DNA of 64,000 nucleotides from Longimicrobiales bacterium (GTDB lineage: Bacteria > Gemmatimonadota > Gemmatimonadetes > Longimicrobiales > Gaopeijiaceae). Positions within the stretch are counted from its first letter, which is position 1. Each line of letters begins with the position of its first letter. Location of the stretch: the NCBI GenBank assembly GCA_965238005.1, contig OZ250165.1:64001-128000 (forward strand), in the 5' to 3' direction. A program made the translations under genes and the position numbers. Below are positions 27,913 to 38,719 of this stretch, piece after piece. The notes beneath the pieces were generated by a model, which did no database searches, was not told where the DNA came from, and saw only the letters and a list, made by a program, of their open reading frames with translations.

Positions 27913-30309
27913 TCAGTATCGCAGTAGCCGAGTGACCTTCACGGCCAGGGCCCGCGTCCTTAGTCCGGTGCCGCCCGGTGCCTGGTCCCGCTCGTCCGTC
28001 CAGACGAGGAAGAGCTCGCTTCCCCGACTGTACTCCCAGCGGAAGCGGAGATTGCTGGAGAGGATCCAATCCGCCGTGTTGTACTGCATGAGGGCACTGG
28101 CGAACATCCGGGGAGTGAACGCGTAGTCCGACCGCAACCGCAGCACGGTCTGGTTGGCCTCGCCCTGGGGCAGGTCGAGGAGGTTGAGGCTGACACCGGG
28201 CTCGATGGAGAGCTGGTTGGTGACCACCAGCCTGCCCTGGTTGACGGAAATCGCGCGGATCGTGCCATCGTAGAAGTCTCCCCACTGGAACGCCACCGTT
28301 CCCGAGACCCGTCGCTGCTCCCCCAGTCGGTACGAGGCCCGATAGCTCGTGAAGGCGTACGAGCCGGCTCCGATCTCGATGTCCGACCCCACCGGGAAGG
28401 GACTCGCGATGCGCTCGAACTCTCGGGTCGCCTCCAGCGTGAACCGGTCGCTGTTCTCCAGCTCGGCGTTGAAGCGGCCCTGGTGCTTGCGCGACTCGAC
28501 CACTCCGGCGCTGTTCTCGAAGTAGTCGAGGCTGGCTTGCCAGGTGAGCTTCCGGATCCATTCGATCGACGCGGGTCGGGGGCTGAAGCGGAGGCTTCCT
28601 GAAGACTTCGTGAAGTCGCTCCGGCGCACGAACCCGACCCCGGGGTTGAAGTCGGCTCCTACCTTGAGGCGTGTCGCGCTGGCCCCGTATTTGTCCCCGT
28701 TGTATTGCCCCGCGACTTGATAGCTCTCGTCGTCCCCGTCCAGCGACGGTGTCTCCGTGCGGGCGTAGTAGCCACCGAGCTGGAGGTTGGTGAAAAAGGC
28801 GAACGACGCGTCCGCACCGTACGCCTGGTTGGCACCGCTCCCGTCCACGGCCACCGAACGGTTGGTAAACAGAGCCCCGATCGAGCTTCGCCGCAGGATG
28901 TCGCGCTTCACCCGGACGACGGAGTAGTTCGTCTCGGTGACCCCGGCCGCGTCATTGGCGCCGGTCTGGATGTTCATCGCTCCGATGGCGTAGCTACCCA
29001 CCTTGCCGGTCACGCGGCCCCCGGCCTGGATCGGGATGACCTCGCCGCGGTCTAAGCCGATCCGTCTCGAATAGAAGACCGTCGGTGCGTCGCTCCCACC
29101 CCGGAACCGCCGGCCCACACCACGGCCACGGAAGAACCCACCGGCTCCCCCCCGGCCGAAGTCGAACGTCCCCCGACCCTCGAGGAAGAAGTCGCGCTTC
29201 TCGGGGAAGAACAGGCTGAAGCGCGTGAGATTGACTTGCTGCTCGTCTACTTCGACCTGAGCGAAGTCGGTGTTCAGCGTCACATCGGCCGTGAGGTTCG
29301 CCGTAATGCCGTACTTGAGGTCGATGCCGACGTCGGCGTCGACGACGTTGCTGGTCGCGGGATCCGACAGACGATTCGTCGTGAGGTCCGAGATCGCGTA
29401 GGGCTTGACCTCGAGGTTGTTCCCCGCCGGGGGCAGCTCCAGGCCCACGATCGTGCCCGCGGACGAGATGCGGTTGAGTCCCTGGGGCCCGGCCATGGAG
29501 GGCGGGACGGGGCTGAGGTATGCCCACTCGTTCTTATGCCGGATCGCCCGGCGAAGCTGGACTCCCCACAGCCGGTCGGAGCCGGAAAGGTAGCGCAGCG
29601 ACTTGAACGGAATCGCCATCTCGACGATCCACCCGCCCTCGAAGCGGCCACCGGCGACGTCCCACACGGGATTCCAGTCGCGGTTGACCTGACCTTCGTC
29701 GACGATCGAGTAGTCCGCTCGCGCGCCGAGCTCGTTAGCGTAGAACATGAAGCCGCTGCGGCGGTCGTAAAACGTGTCGAACATCACGCCGAAGTGCTCG
29801 TTGTTCCTGAGCCCGGAAGCGTCCCTACGGAGCTCGTTGACGACCCATTCTTCGGGCGGAGACGAGTCCCAGCAACGACACGTGACGTACACGTTGGCGT
29901 TGTCGTAGCTGAGCCAAACATCCGATCGCTCGGAGGACGGTGCATCGGCGACGGGCACGACCTGAATGAAGTCCCCGAACGGGGGATGGTCCGAGTAGAC
30001 CGCCTCCTCGAGCTTGCCGTCGAGGACCAAGGGCTCGTCGAGCCGGATGGCGCGGACCGTCGGGCGCCCAAGTGTGTCACGCGTGATCGTCCTCGGAGCC
30101 ACGGGTGGAGGGGCGCCGTCGATGGCGGCCCCACCCGCGACCGATCCACTGTCCGCTTGTTGCGCGGAAGCTCCGCTTGCTAAGCAGAGGACAACCATCA
30201 GCGACCCCTCGGCCAAAGCGAACGCGCGTGCGCGTTTGCGGCTCCCGTTCCGGCGTACGGCCCGCTCACCGCCATGCGATGCGGATCTTCGACTGGTGCT
30301 CAATGTCAT
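27913..30309 (-). CDS. CBM9-like sugar-binding domain + DUF5916 outer-membrane protein
   Basis: LDGKLEE, FDTFYDRR, VEMAIPFKSLRY, NTDFAQVEVD, FPEKRDFFLEG, FYSRRIG; start uncertain (30309 or 30198). Confidence 0.8.
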   Translation of the reverse strand: MTLSTSRRSASHGGERAVRRNGSRKRARAFALAEGSLMVVLCLASGASAQQADSGSVAGGAAIDGAPPPVAPRTITRDTLGRPTVRAIRLDEPLVLDGKLEEAVYSDHPPFGDFIQVVPVADAPSSERSDVWLSYDNANVYVTCRCWDSSPPEEWVVNELRRDASGLRNNEHFGVMFDTFYDRRSGFMFYANELGARADYSIVDEGQVNRDWNPVWDVAGGRFEGGWIVEMAIPFKSLRYLSGSDRLWGVQLRRAIRHKNEWAYLSPVPPSMAGPQGLNRISSAGTIVGLELPPAGNNLEVKPYAISDLTTNRLSDPATSNVVDADVGIDLKYGITANLTADVTLNTDFAQVEVDEQQVNLTRFSLFFPEKRDFFLEGRGTFDFGRGGAGGFFRGRGVGRRFRGGSDAPTVFYSRRIGLDRGEVIPIQAGGRVTGKVGSYAIGAMNIQTGANDAAGVTETNYSVVRVKRDILRRSSIGALFTNRSVAVDGSGANQAYGADASFAFFTNLQLGGYYARTETPSLDGDDESYQVAGQYNGDKYGASATRLKVGADFNPGVGFVRRSDFTKSSGSLRFSPRPASIEWIRKLTWQASLDYFENSAGVVESRKHQGRFNAELENSDRFTLEATREFERIASPFPVGSDIEIGAGSYAFTSYRASYRLGEQRRVSGTVAFQWGDFYDGTIRAISVNQGRLVVTNQLSIEPGVSLNLLDLPQGEANQTVLRLRSDYAFTPRMFASALMQYNTADWILSSNLRFRWEYSRGSELFLVWTDERDQAPGGTGLRTRALAVKVTRLLRY

Positions 30310-30675
30310 GGCCACAAGTGTAACGACGCTCCGCAGAGCGACAAGATCCCCCGCTCTCCGCGCCACTTCCCCTCTGCCGATCGTTCCAAATGATTCCCTA
30401 TGGACGCGCGCCGAGCGCAGCCCGAATGCCGATCTCGCGTATGCGCCGTACCCGAACCGGTGAGGTGGCCGGGGGTGCCATGGGATCGGAGGGTTTCTGG
30501 GAGGCGCCGGACCCGGACCACGAGGCGGGTGCTCTGTGGGTATTTGGATGGTCTCGCGACTCGCCGAGTGTGGCTCGTGGTGGACTACCAACTTCCTTGG
30601 CACTCTCGACACGGAGCCCAGTGACCCATACGTACGACCTAACTCAAAAGATACGTACGCCTTGCCTGTCGAACC

Positions 30676-31434
30676 TCACTCCCGTAGCAGCGTCCCATCC
30701 GGCCCGATGAACCGAGCCGGTCTGAGCCTGAGGTAGTCTCTGAACTGAGCGACAGCGAAGATCACGCCCACGAGGTGGAGCTCGGAGCCTCGCTGCACGA
30801 ACCCCGGCCCGCCGCTCAACCCGCCGAGATCCGCAAGGGCGTCCATCCTCTGCGGGCCCTCGCCTTCGAGCCAATAGTCCCAGCTCGGCTCGCACACGAT
30901 GTTCTCGATGCCGACGTCGATGACGCGCGATGTCCCCAGAGCGAACGCGCCGGAAGACGGGAACCCGAAGTCAGCGTGTCGCTGACAATTCTCTCTGCGA
31001 TAGAAGCTGGGCCATCCGCCCAGGGCGATGAGCTCCCCCGGCTCGGCGGTCCCCAGCGGCCACGTGGCCGGCTCGAAGAACTCGGGCTCACCGGCACCGA
31101 GGACCAAATGGCTGGGGTGCACGTCATGGAGATCGAGGATGGCGAGATCGAGGATCGGGTCCTCGGCTATCAGGCGATCCAGGGGGTCCAGCGGGAGCTC
31201 TCCTACCTTGAAGACCCGGCTCGCGTTGAGGCGCCGTTGCTCCCGATAGGCATCGATCACGTGATGGCAAGTGACGCCCACTCGTCCATCCGGGAGCTCG
31301 AGGAGCGTCATCGTGCCGTTGTTCGGGGGCATCGGATCGACGGTGCCGGACGGGTCACTAAAGGACACGGGCGCGACGAAGCGCATCGGCAAGCGAGCCA
31401 GCTCAGCCTTTAGACCGGCGTCGTGAAATCGCAT
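30676..31434 (-). CDS. Trypsin-like serine protease
   Basis: Catalytic triad motifs VTCHHV, DLAIL, GLSGGP; no evident signal peptide. Confidence 0.7.
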   Translation of the reverse strand: MRFHDAGLKAELARLPMRFVAPVSFSDPSGTVDPMPPNNGTMTLLELPDGRVGVTCHHVIDAYREQRRLNASRVFKVGELPLDPLDRLIAEDPILDLAILDLHDVHPSHLVLGAGEPEFFEPATWPLGTAEPGELIALGGWPSFYRRENCQRHADFGFPSSGAFALGTSRVIDVGIENIVCEPSWDYWLEGEGPQRMDALADLGGLSGGPGFVQRGSELHLVGVIFAVAQFRDYLRLRPARFIGPDGTLLRE

Positions 31435-31460
31435 GGCCTCAAGCTATACGCGCCGGCCCG

Positions 31461-32630
31461 CTACCCCTCGAAGCGGGACAGGCGGTAGGGCTCCAGCATC
31501 TCCACTTGTACGCCGTCCAGGATCTCGCTTGCCACCAACCGTCCCACCAGCGGAGCGAGGGTGACACCGCTGTGCATCACGGCCACGTAGACGTCGGGCG
31601 CACCCTCAGAGAAGCCCAGCACCGGGAAGCCGTCTTCCGGCACGGGGCGCCAGCCGATGGTGTGCCGCGCGAGCCCGACGCCTTCGGCCTCCGGGATCAG
31701 CTCCTTCGCCCGATGAAGAATCTCCTCGGCCTGCCCCCCGGGGTCATCGGACACCGGCCTCCCGCTGAATCCCCCCGACACGACGATGGAGCCATCGAGC
31801 TTCTGCTTCATGGCGCCGCCGGGTGCCAGGACCACCCTCCCCAGGACGCGAGGCCCCGGGGCGCTGTGTGCCAGGAGTCCCGGGGAGTCCCTCAGGGGAA
31901 CGTGCAGCCCGGCCATGGCGGCCAGCCTCGGCGTGTCCACACCGGCGGCGATCACGAGAGCGTCCGCCTCCAGAGGCCCCAGGCTCGTCTCCACCCGTTG
32001 GAGCGAGCCCCACCTGAGGCCGATCCCCGTGACCTCGCACGGATACTCGATCCTGACCCCTTCCCGGCGGGCGGCTTCAACCAGGGCCCAGGTCGCCCGT
32101 TCGGGGTCGATGCTTCCCTCCTCCCAGGTCCAGGCCGCCGCCAGGACCGGTCCGCCGGGCTCGAGGCCGGGCTCCAGGGCCTTGAAGTCGCCGTCGCCGA
32201 TAAGATGGATCGGGTAGCCCCACGCTTGCTGCCGTGCGACGTTCCGCCGAAGAGTGCGGGCGTCGTCCGCTTCCTCCGCCCACTCGAGGCTCCCACCCCA
32301 CTGGACCTGGAACTCTCCTCCCACCTCGGCCTCCAAGTGTCGGTAGGCCAGGGCGCTCAGCCGGTTCAGTCGGTGGTAGTGATACGGGCGTTTCCCGGCG
32401 GACGCGTTGATCCAGGCGAATGACCTGGAGGTGGCCCCGGAAGCCGGCGCCTCCTTCTCGCAAACGGTGACCTCAGCGCCCCGGCGGGCCAGGTGGTAGG
32501 CGATGGAGGAGCCCACGACACCGCTCCCCACCACCACCACCCGGCGGGGCGCTCTCCAGGGCAGGCGGAATCCGGGAAGGGCGCTGACGGAGACGCCAGC
32601 GAAGAGCTGGAGCAACGTGCGTCGTCTCAT
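31461..32630 (-). CDS. Tat-exported FAD-dependent oxidoreductase (DAO family)
   Basis: MRRRTLLQ leader, VVGSGVVG, GATSRSFAWIN, GWRPVPEDG, HSGVTLAP. Confidence 0.88.
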   Translation of the reverse strand: MRRRTLLQLFAGVSVSALPGFRLPWRAPRRVVVVGSGVVGSSIAYHLARRGAEVTVCEKEAPASGATSRSFAWINASAGKRPYHYHRLNRLSALAYRHLEAEVGGEFQVQWGGSLEWAEEADDARTLRRNVARQQAWGYPIHLIGDGDFKALEPGLEPGGPVLAAAWTWEEGSIDPERATWALVEAARREGVRIEYPCEVTGIGLRWGSLQRVETSLGPLEADALVIAAGVDTPRLAAMAGLHVPLRDSPGLLAHSAPGPRVLGRVVLAPGGAMKQKLDGSIVVSGGFSGRPVSDDPGGQAEEILHRAKELIPEAEGVGLARHTIGWRPVPEDGFPVLGFSEGAPDVYVAVMHSGVTLAPLVGRLVASEILDGVQVEMLEPYRLSRFEG

Positions 32631-32812
32631 GTGTCGAACCCGAGCCGGCGTGGATGGAGCCTTCCGGAGGACGATATCGCGTCCATTGACGTCCGGCCAC
32701 CTCGAGGGCCTAGCTCCAAGATTATTGAGCGACTCGAACAGGCAATAGGACAGCATGCTGAGGCCTGTCTTCGCACATTCGACTGACCTGAGTCCGCTGA
32801 GGCCCGCTCCCC

Positions 32813-33733
32813 CTACATCATCCGGTTGATCAGCTTGCTGGCCTGCTCGCTGCTGAGTCCGAGGGGACGGCGTGCGAGGGGAACCCCGTCGGCGATGACC
32901 GGTTCGAGCGAGTCCAGGGAGGGCCGGTCGTTCTCGAGGAACAGCCCGATGTAGATTTCGTCTCCCCACAGCATCGCCTTCTCGCAGGCCGCCTTCCAGT
33001 CGCTGGGGTCGTGCCCTTCGTCTTCCAGCTTCTTCACCCGCGGCTTGAAGAACGCGAAGTCGTTGTCGTGGTTGAAGGTGACACAGGGGCTGAAGATGTC
33101 GATGAAGGAAAAGCCCTGGTGCTGGATCGCGTTCTTGATGAGCCCCGTGAGGTGCTTGACGTCGGCGCTGTAGCCCCGAGCGACATACGTCCCGCCGTTC
33201 ATGATCGCGGACGTGATGGGGTTGATAGGAAGCTCGAGGTTTCCGAAGGGCGTGCTCTTGGTCCGCATGTCGGGGCGGCTGGTGGGAGAGATCTGGCCCG
33301 TGGTCAGGCCATAGATCTGGTTGTTCATCACCAGGTAGGTGAGGTCTATATTGCGGCGCACGGTATGCATCAGGTGGTTGCCGCCGATGCCGTAGCCGTC
33401 GCCGTCGCCGCCGGTAACGATGACGTGGAGCTGGTGGTTCCCAAGTTTGGCTCCCGTCGCCACCGGTAGAGAGCGCCCGTGCAGGGTGTGTATCCCGTAG
33501 GCGTTGAAGTACCCGGGCAAATTGGACGAGCAGCCGATGCCACTCACGCACAGGATCTCATGCGGCTTGAGCCCCAGCTCGAAGACCGCACGCTGGAGCG
33601 CGTTCAGCACTCCGAAGTCTCCGCAGCCGGCGCACCAGTCGGGCTTGACCTGACCCTTGAACTCCTTGGCCGAGGCCGGGGATCGGGGCAGCTCGACGCC
33701 AATCAGCTCGGCCGTGCTCTGGACGGTGCTCAT
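32813..33733 (-). CDS. korB: 2-oxoacid:ferredoxin oxidoreductase beta subunit
   Basis: WCAGCGDFG, SGIGCS, HGR, GGDGD, NNQIYGLTTGQ, SPCVTFN. Confidence 0.93.
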   Translation of the reverse strand: MSTVQSTAELIGVELPRSPASAKEFKGQVKPDWCAGCGDFGVLNALQRAVFELGLKPHEILCVSGIGCSSNLPGYFNAYGIHTLHGRSLPVATGAKLGNHQLHVIVTGGDGDGYGIGGNHLMHTVRRNIDLTYLVMNNQIYGLTTGQISPTSRPDMRTKSTPFGNLELPINPITSAIMNGGTYVARGYSADVKHLTGLIKNAIQHQGFSFIDIFSPCVTFNHDNDFAFFKPRVKKLEDEGHDPSDWKAACEKAMLWGDEIYIGLFLENDRPSLDSLEPVIADGVPLARRPLGLSSEQASKLINRMM

Positions 33734-35511
33734 ACGATGATCTCCTGATGCGGTACGTAAATGGCGGCCTCGCCCTGCAAGAGCTCGAGGACTCCTTCGG
33801 CGACGTGATGCGGCATGAACGGCTCTCCGTCGTACTTCCGGATGTGGCCGGCAGCGGCGAAGCCGGTCTCGCTCCGCAAGTAACGCGCGAACTGACCCGA
33901 GTAGCTGTTCTCTACGACGAGGACCCGCTTCGATCGGGACAGGATGCCGCTGACGACCTCGTCGTGGAACGGAACGATCCACTTGATGGCGAGCTGATTG
34001 GCGACCACCCCGTGCTCGGCGAGCACGTCGACGGCCTCCCGGATCGCGCCGTAGGTCGAGCCCCAGCCGACCAGCGTCACTTGGGCGTCGGGGGGGCCTT
34101 CGAGGGTCGGCGGAGGTACGTCGGCCCCTACGCCCTGGGCCTTCCGAGCGCGCTTCTCCACCATCTTGCGGCGCTTGTGCGGATGGGTGAACTCGTCGCT
34201 GATCAGCACGCCGTCCTCATCGTGCTCATCCGTCGCTACGACGTGGACGTATCCCTCGTAGCCCGGCACCACTCGCGGCGAGATCCCGCTCTCCGTGTCG
34301 GCGTAGCGCAGGTAGTTTCCGTCGGGCGAAGGATCGACGATGAGGGCGCCTCGATCGATCGCGGGGTGGAGGTGGATTAGGTCGGGGTCCACGCTGAATG
34401 TCCCTTCCGAGAGGAGGAGATCGGAGATGATGATTCCGGGACACTGGGCGCGGTCCACAAGGTTGAAGAGCTCGGGGACCGTGTTGAACGCGTCGAGGGG
34501 GTTCTTGGGTGCCACGATGAAGCGCTCGTAGTCGCCCTGGCTGGCGCCAAGGACCTGCCAGAGGTCGCCCTGCTCTGTCTTCGTGGGGACGCCCGTGGAG
34601 GGTCCGGCGCGCATCACGTTGATGAAGACCGCGGGGATCTCCATCATCGCCGCGCTCCCGATCGCTTCCGTCATCAGTGCGAAGCCGCCGCCGGAGGTGG
34701 CGCACATGGCGCGGCAGCCTGCGTGGGCGGCGCCAATGGTCATGTTCGCCACACCGATCTCGTCCTCGACCTGACGCACCATGATGCCCAGCTCGTGGGC
34801 GTTCTGCGCCATCCAGTGGAGGATTCCGGTCGCGGGGCTCATTGGATACGCGGCGTAGAAAGTGACTCCGGCCGCCGCTCCGCCCATGGCCAGAGCGTCG
34901 TTGCCGGCCCACATCCCAAGGGGCTTATTCCCTTTCGGCAACGGCACGGGATATGGCTGGAAGTTGGCGGCCCCGTGGTCGTAGCCGGCCCGGGACATGG
35001 TCACGTTCTCTTCGACCACGGCCGCTCCCTTCCGCCGGAACAGGAGCTCCAGGGCATCCTCCAGCACCGAGAACTCGACGCCCAGCAGGGACATCATGAC
35101 ACCGAGTGATATGGTGTTCTGGATGAGCTTATTCTTGCTGTCCCCTGCCAGGTCGCCGATGGGCATCGGGCAAAGGAGGACGTCGTCCGGCACCTCACCG
35201 GGCTGGACGGTGTCGCTGTTGTAGAGCACGCGGGATCCGGGCCTGAGGAGCCCCAAGTGCCGGTTCATCGTGTCCTGGTTGAGGCAGAGCAGGAGGTCCA
35301 TGCCGTCACCGTGGCTGTGCACCTCCTCGTCGCGCATGCGCAACATCAACAGGCTGTGTCCTCCCCGGATGATCGACTGATGCGCGTTGTATGAGTAGAG
35401 ATGCAGACCGCGCCGCACGAAGATGCGAGCGAGGATATTACCCGGCGTCGCGATTCCCTGGCCGGCGGCCCCCCCGATGCCGATGGTAAAGTCGAGACCG
35501 TTCGCGCTCAT
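33730..35511 (-). CDS. korA: 2-oxoacid:acceptor oxidoreductase alpha subunit (gamma-alpha fusion)
   Basis: GGAAGQGI, IRGGH, YPMSPAT, EDEI, TSGGG, RAGPSTGVPTK, GWGST. Confidence 0.93.
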   Translation of the reverse strand: MSANGLDFTIGIGGAAGQGIATPGNILARIFVRRGLHLYSYNAHQSIIRGGHSLLMLRMRDEEVHSHGDGMDLLLCLNQDTMNRHLGLLRPGSRVLYNSDTVQPGEVPDDVLLCPMPIGDLAGDSKNKLIQNTISLGVMMSLLGVEFSVLEDALELLFRRKGAAVVEENVTMSRAGYDHGAANFQPYPVPLPKGNKPLGMWAGNDALAMGGAAAGVTFYAAYPMSPATGILHWMAQNAHELGIMVRQVEDEIGVANMTIGAAHAGCRAMCATSGGGFALMTEAIGSAAMMEIPAVFINVMRAGPSTGVPTKTEQGDLWQVLGASQGDYERFIVAPKNPLDAFNTVPELFNLVDRAQCPGIIISDLLLSEGTFSVDPDLIHLHPAIDRGALIVDPSPDGNYLRYADTESGISPRVVPGYEGYVHVVATDEHDEDGVLISDEFTHPHKRRKMVEKRARKAQGVGADVPPPTLEGPPDAQVTLVGWGSTYGAIREAVDVLAEHGVVANQLAIKWIVPFHDEVVSGILSRSKRVLVVENSYSGQFARYLRSETGFAAAGHIRKYDGEPFMPHHVAEGVLELLQGEAAIYVPHQEIIV

Positions 35512-35842
35512 GGAATTCTCCTGAAATGATTCGCGCACTGCCGCGCTCGACGACCTGGCCAGGAGACGAATCCCGGGGCCGAGGAGGAGAGGGCCCATCT
35601 CGGTGAATTACTCCACGGCCGGGTGCCTCGATCTTCGGGCGCACTCACCTGATACCCGATCAGGGTGTCTTATGTGTCCAGTTCTCATCCGCGATGCGGT
35701 CGATTCGCTAGTCGCCGAGTGTCTTCATTGGGTCATTCGGGGATTGCCCTGGCGGGTTTTGAGCCGGTAATGTGTCGGTTCCGGTATACCCGTGTAGGAG
35801 TGGGTCAATCCTCCTCCAACACAACGACTCAAGGAGCAAGCG

Positions 35843-36418
35843 ATGAACACCCCCGACAACCCCGTCGACAACGGCGTGAACGTGCAAGCGCTGCTCGAAG
35901 CACGCGAAGCACTGTCCGAGGCGCCAGACGCCGCCCAGTTCCAGTGGCGGGCGAGGTGCGAGTGGGTGAACGGCACCCACAGTCGCTCCACCGTGGAGGG
36001 ATTCTTCGGACTCGGCGAGGAGCAGACACACAAGGCCAAATTTTCCTTCGACGCCGACCATTCCGAGGTCTTCGCGTCGGAGGACCATGGTGCGACGCCA
36101 GTCGAGATCGTGCTGGCAAGTCTGGCCAGCTGCCTCACCGCGGGCATCGCGTCCGTTGCCCAGCTTCGTGAGATCCAGCTGCGCTCCGTCTCGGCGACGG
36201 TCGAGGGCGGAATGGACATCCAGGGTATCCTCGGCATGGACAGCGACGTGCGGAACGGCTTCGACGGCATCAAGGTGACCTACGACATCGACGCCGACGC
36301 GACAGCCGAAGAGATCCAGGCGATCGTCGCCCAGTCGCAAAAGCGGTCGGCCGTCTTCGACGCTATCACGAACCCCACGAACGTGACGGTCGAGGTCAGC
36401 CGAGCCGCCAGCGCGTAA
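35843..36418 (+). CDS. OsmC-family protein
   Basis: NGVNV, TPVE..LASLASCLT, DVRNGF, SQKRSAVFD; AAGGAG RBS. Confidence 0.85.
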   Translation: MNTPDNPVDNGVNVQALLEAREALSEAPDAAQFQWRARCEWVNGTHSRSTVEGFFGLGEEQTHKAKFSFDADHSEVFASEDHGATPVEIVLASLASCLTAGIASVAQLREIQLRSVSATVEGGMDIQGILGMDSDVRNGFDGIKVTYDIDADATAEEIQAIVAQSQKRSAVFDAITNPTNVTVEVSRAASA

Positions 36419-37117
36419 TTCATGGGACCGGTCCCGTGCACATTACTACCGTCGTCATCGGGGCCGGTCATGCCGGGTTGGCCATGAGCCGCTGCCTCGC
36501 CGACCGCTCGATCGACCATGTGGTCCTCGAGCGGGGCGAGGTGGCCAACTCGTGGAGAACAGAGCGGTGGGACTCGCTGCGGCTGCTGACGCCCAACTGG
36601 CAGAGCCGGCTGCCTGGCTACGGGTACCAGGGAGACGATCCCGACGGCTTCCGCACGATGCCCGAGACGATCGACTTCATCGAGCGGTATGCCGACGTGA
36701 TTTCGGCCCCGGTCCGGACCAACACCAACGTGACGTCGGTGCGCAGCATCGACGACGGCTACAGGGTCGCCACCGACCAGGGTGACTGGCGATGCCGGAC
36801 GGTCGTTATCGCGACCGGAGCGTGTAACATTCCGCGCGTCCCGGCAGTCGCGGAGGCGGTGCCGTCCTCGATCGCGACGCTCACGCCGATGGAGTACCGC
36901 AACCCGGACCAGCTCGAGCCGGGTGGTGTGCTGGTCGTCGGCGCCTCGGCCACCGGCACACAGATCGCCGATGAGGTCCACCGCTCGGGCCGGCCCGTGA
37001 CCCTCGCGGTGGGCGAGCACATCCGGGCGCCCCGCGTCTATCGGAGCAAGGACATCGAGTGGTGGATGGACGTCGTCGGGGTGCTCGACGACCGCTATGA
37101 AGATGAGGACAACCTAG

Positions 37118-38719
37118 GAGTCTGCGCCGCAGAAGCACAGCTGACTGAGCCGAATGGTCATCGAGCCGTCCGCGGCGAGGCGGATCCGGGTGATTGGGAG
37201 GTTGAGGACTTGTGTCTGCGACGGATCGGGAGAGCGGAATGGATGCGTTGGGGGGGGCAAGAGAGCTACGAGAGCCCTCGCGCCGGCAGATGCGGGTGAA
37301 CCCTCGTGCAGTCATGCCGCCTGAAGGGTGTGCAGCCGCTTCACATTGAGTGCCAGGCACACGAGGGTCCACTCGGCCCGGACCTTCTCGAGGCCCCGGA
37401 AGCTGAATCGTCGAAAGCCCATCACTTCCTTGATCCAGCCGATGGGCGCCTCGGCCTGCGACTTTCGCCGTGCGTAGCGTCTGCGGCCATCTTCGCTCGC
37501 CAGCTTCTCCGCCATGCGGACTTTCGCCGGATATTCCTCCTTGTCAACCGTGGGGGCGGCCTTGCCCTCCCGGGCCAGCGCCACATACCCGTCGATGTCT
37601 CGCTCTTCCAGTTCCTCGAGATCCCGCTCGTTGCAATAGCCCGTGTCCGCCAGCACCTGCGCCGGCGTCTCGCCGTACGCTTGCGCCACCGCGTCGACCA
37701 TGGGCACCAGCTGGCCCTGGTCGCTCGCGTTGTCCGTCACCTCGGCCCCGACCACCAGCTGGTTCTCCCCCTCCACGACCGTCTGTGCGTTGTAGCACTG
37801 CTGGAACCCCTCCGAACTCGTCTTCATGATCCGGCTCTCAGGGTCCGTGAAGTTGCTCTGCGCCGCCTCGTCCGGCTCTCCGTACTCCCGCTTGTAGGGC
37901 CTGCCGCCCTTCGGGTTGCGCGTCTGCCCCGGCTTGCGGCCCCGTGCGTCGTCCGCCGCTCTCTGCTCGGCTTCCAGGCGCGCCTTCGCCTCCCGGATCG
38001 CCGCCAGCCGGTCCTCGCGCCGCTTGAGCTCCTCCGGCACCTCGTCTCCGCATGCTTCCTCGCCGTAGCGCTCGTCTTCCGCTTCGTCCACCGCCTCGGC
38101 CCTCTCCAACAGCCCCCGGATCTCCGCCTCCAGCCGAGGCTCCCCGGTCACCATCCGGCCGTAGCTCATCGCCTTGCGCTTGTTCGCGTTCGCCCGAACC
38201 TTCGTCCCGTCCACCGACACCCTGCCAAGCCCCGCCAGCCCCAAGGCCCGCGCGAGCATCACCACCTCCACAAACACCGCCCGGAAATCCCCGAGATGGC
38301 GCTTGCGGAACTCGCACAGCGTCCGGTGCTTCGGGAAGTTCTCCGCCGCCAGCATCCGAAACGCGACATCCTCCTCCAGCTTCCTCGCCATCTTCCGCGA
38401 CGAGAAGGTGCCCGTCGCATACGCGTAGATCAGCACCTTGACCATCATCCGAGGGTCGTACGGCGAGTTGCGCCGCCCGTCCCCCCGGTACCGCCCGTAG
38501 AACGCGCTCAGCTCCACCGCGTCCACCAGGTCGCTCACATGGTGCGCCAAATGACCCTCCGACACCCACTCCCGAAGATCCGGAGGCAGCAACAACATCT
38601 GCTCCGGATCGTACGGTCGAAATGTCGTTCCCATTCACCCCCCTCGGTGATCCGCAAGCCTTCCCAATGCCTTCGCTACCACCAAAGATAGCCGCCGCAG
38701 GGTTCTGCGGCGCAGACTC
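37118..38719 (-). mobile_element. IS1182-like insertion sequence, 1602 bp
   Basis: Perfect 17-bp terminal IRs GAGTCTGCGCCGCAGAA (37118-37134, 38703-38719) and CTAG target duplication (37114-37117, 38720-38723). Confidence 0.93.
37312..38634 (-). CDS. IS1182-family DDE transposase
   Basis: LLPPDLREW, YDPRMMVKVLIYAY, SSRKM, VDGTKV, NFTDPESRIM, YNAQ, ADTGY, RRFSFRG. Confidence 0.92.
   Translation of the reverse strand: MGTTFRPYDPEQMLLLPPDLREWVSEGHLAHHVSDLVDAVELSAFYGRYRGDGRRNSPYDPRMMVKVLIYAYATGTFSSRKMARKLEEDVAFRMLAAENFPKHRTLCEFRKRHLGDFRAVFVEVVMLARALGLAGLGRVSVDGTKVRANANKRKAMSYGRMVTGEPRLEAEIRGLLERAEAVDEAEDERYGEEACGDEVPEELKRREDRLAAIREAKARLEAEQRAADDARGRKPGQTRNPKGGRPYKREYGEPDEAAQSNFTDPESRIMKTSSEGFQQCYNAQTVVEGENQLVVGAEVTDNASDQGQLVPMVDAVAQAYGETPAQVLADTGYCNERDLEELEERDIDGYVALAREGKAAPTVDKEEYPAKVRMAEKLASEDGRRRYARRKSQAEAPIGWIKEVMGFRRFSFRGLEKVRAEWTLVCLALNVKRLHTLQAA

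Noticed and set aside
31461..33551. 696-aa ORF as a single protein
   Set aside because: The 5' half is an off-frame read of korB and intergenic DNA; the real gene starts at the Tat leader ATG 32630.
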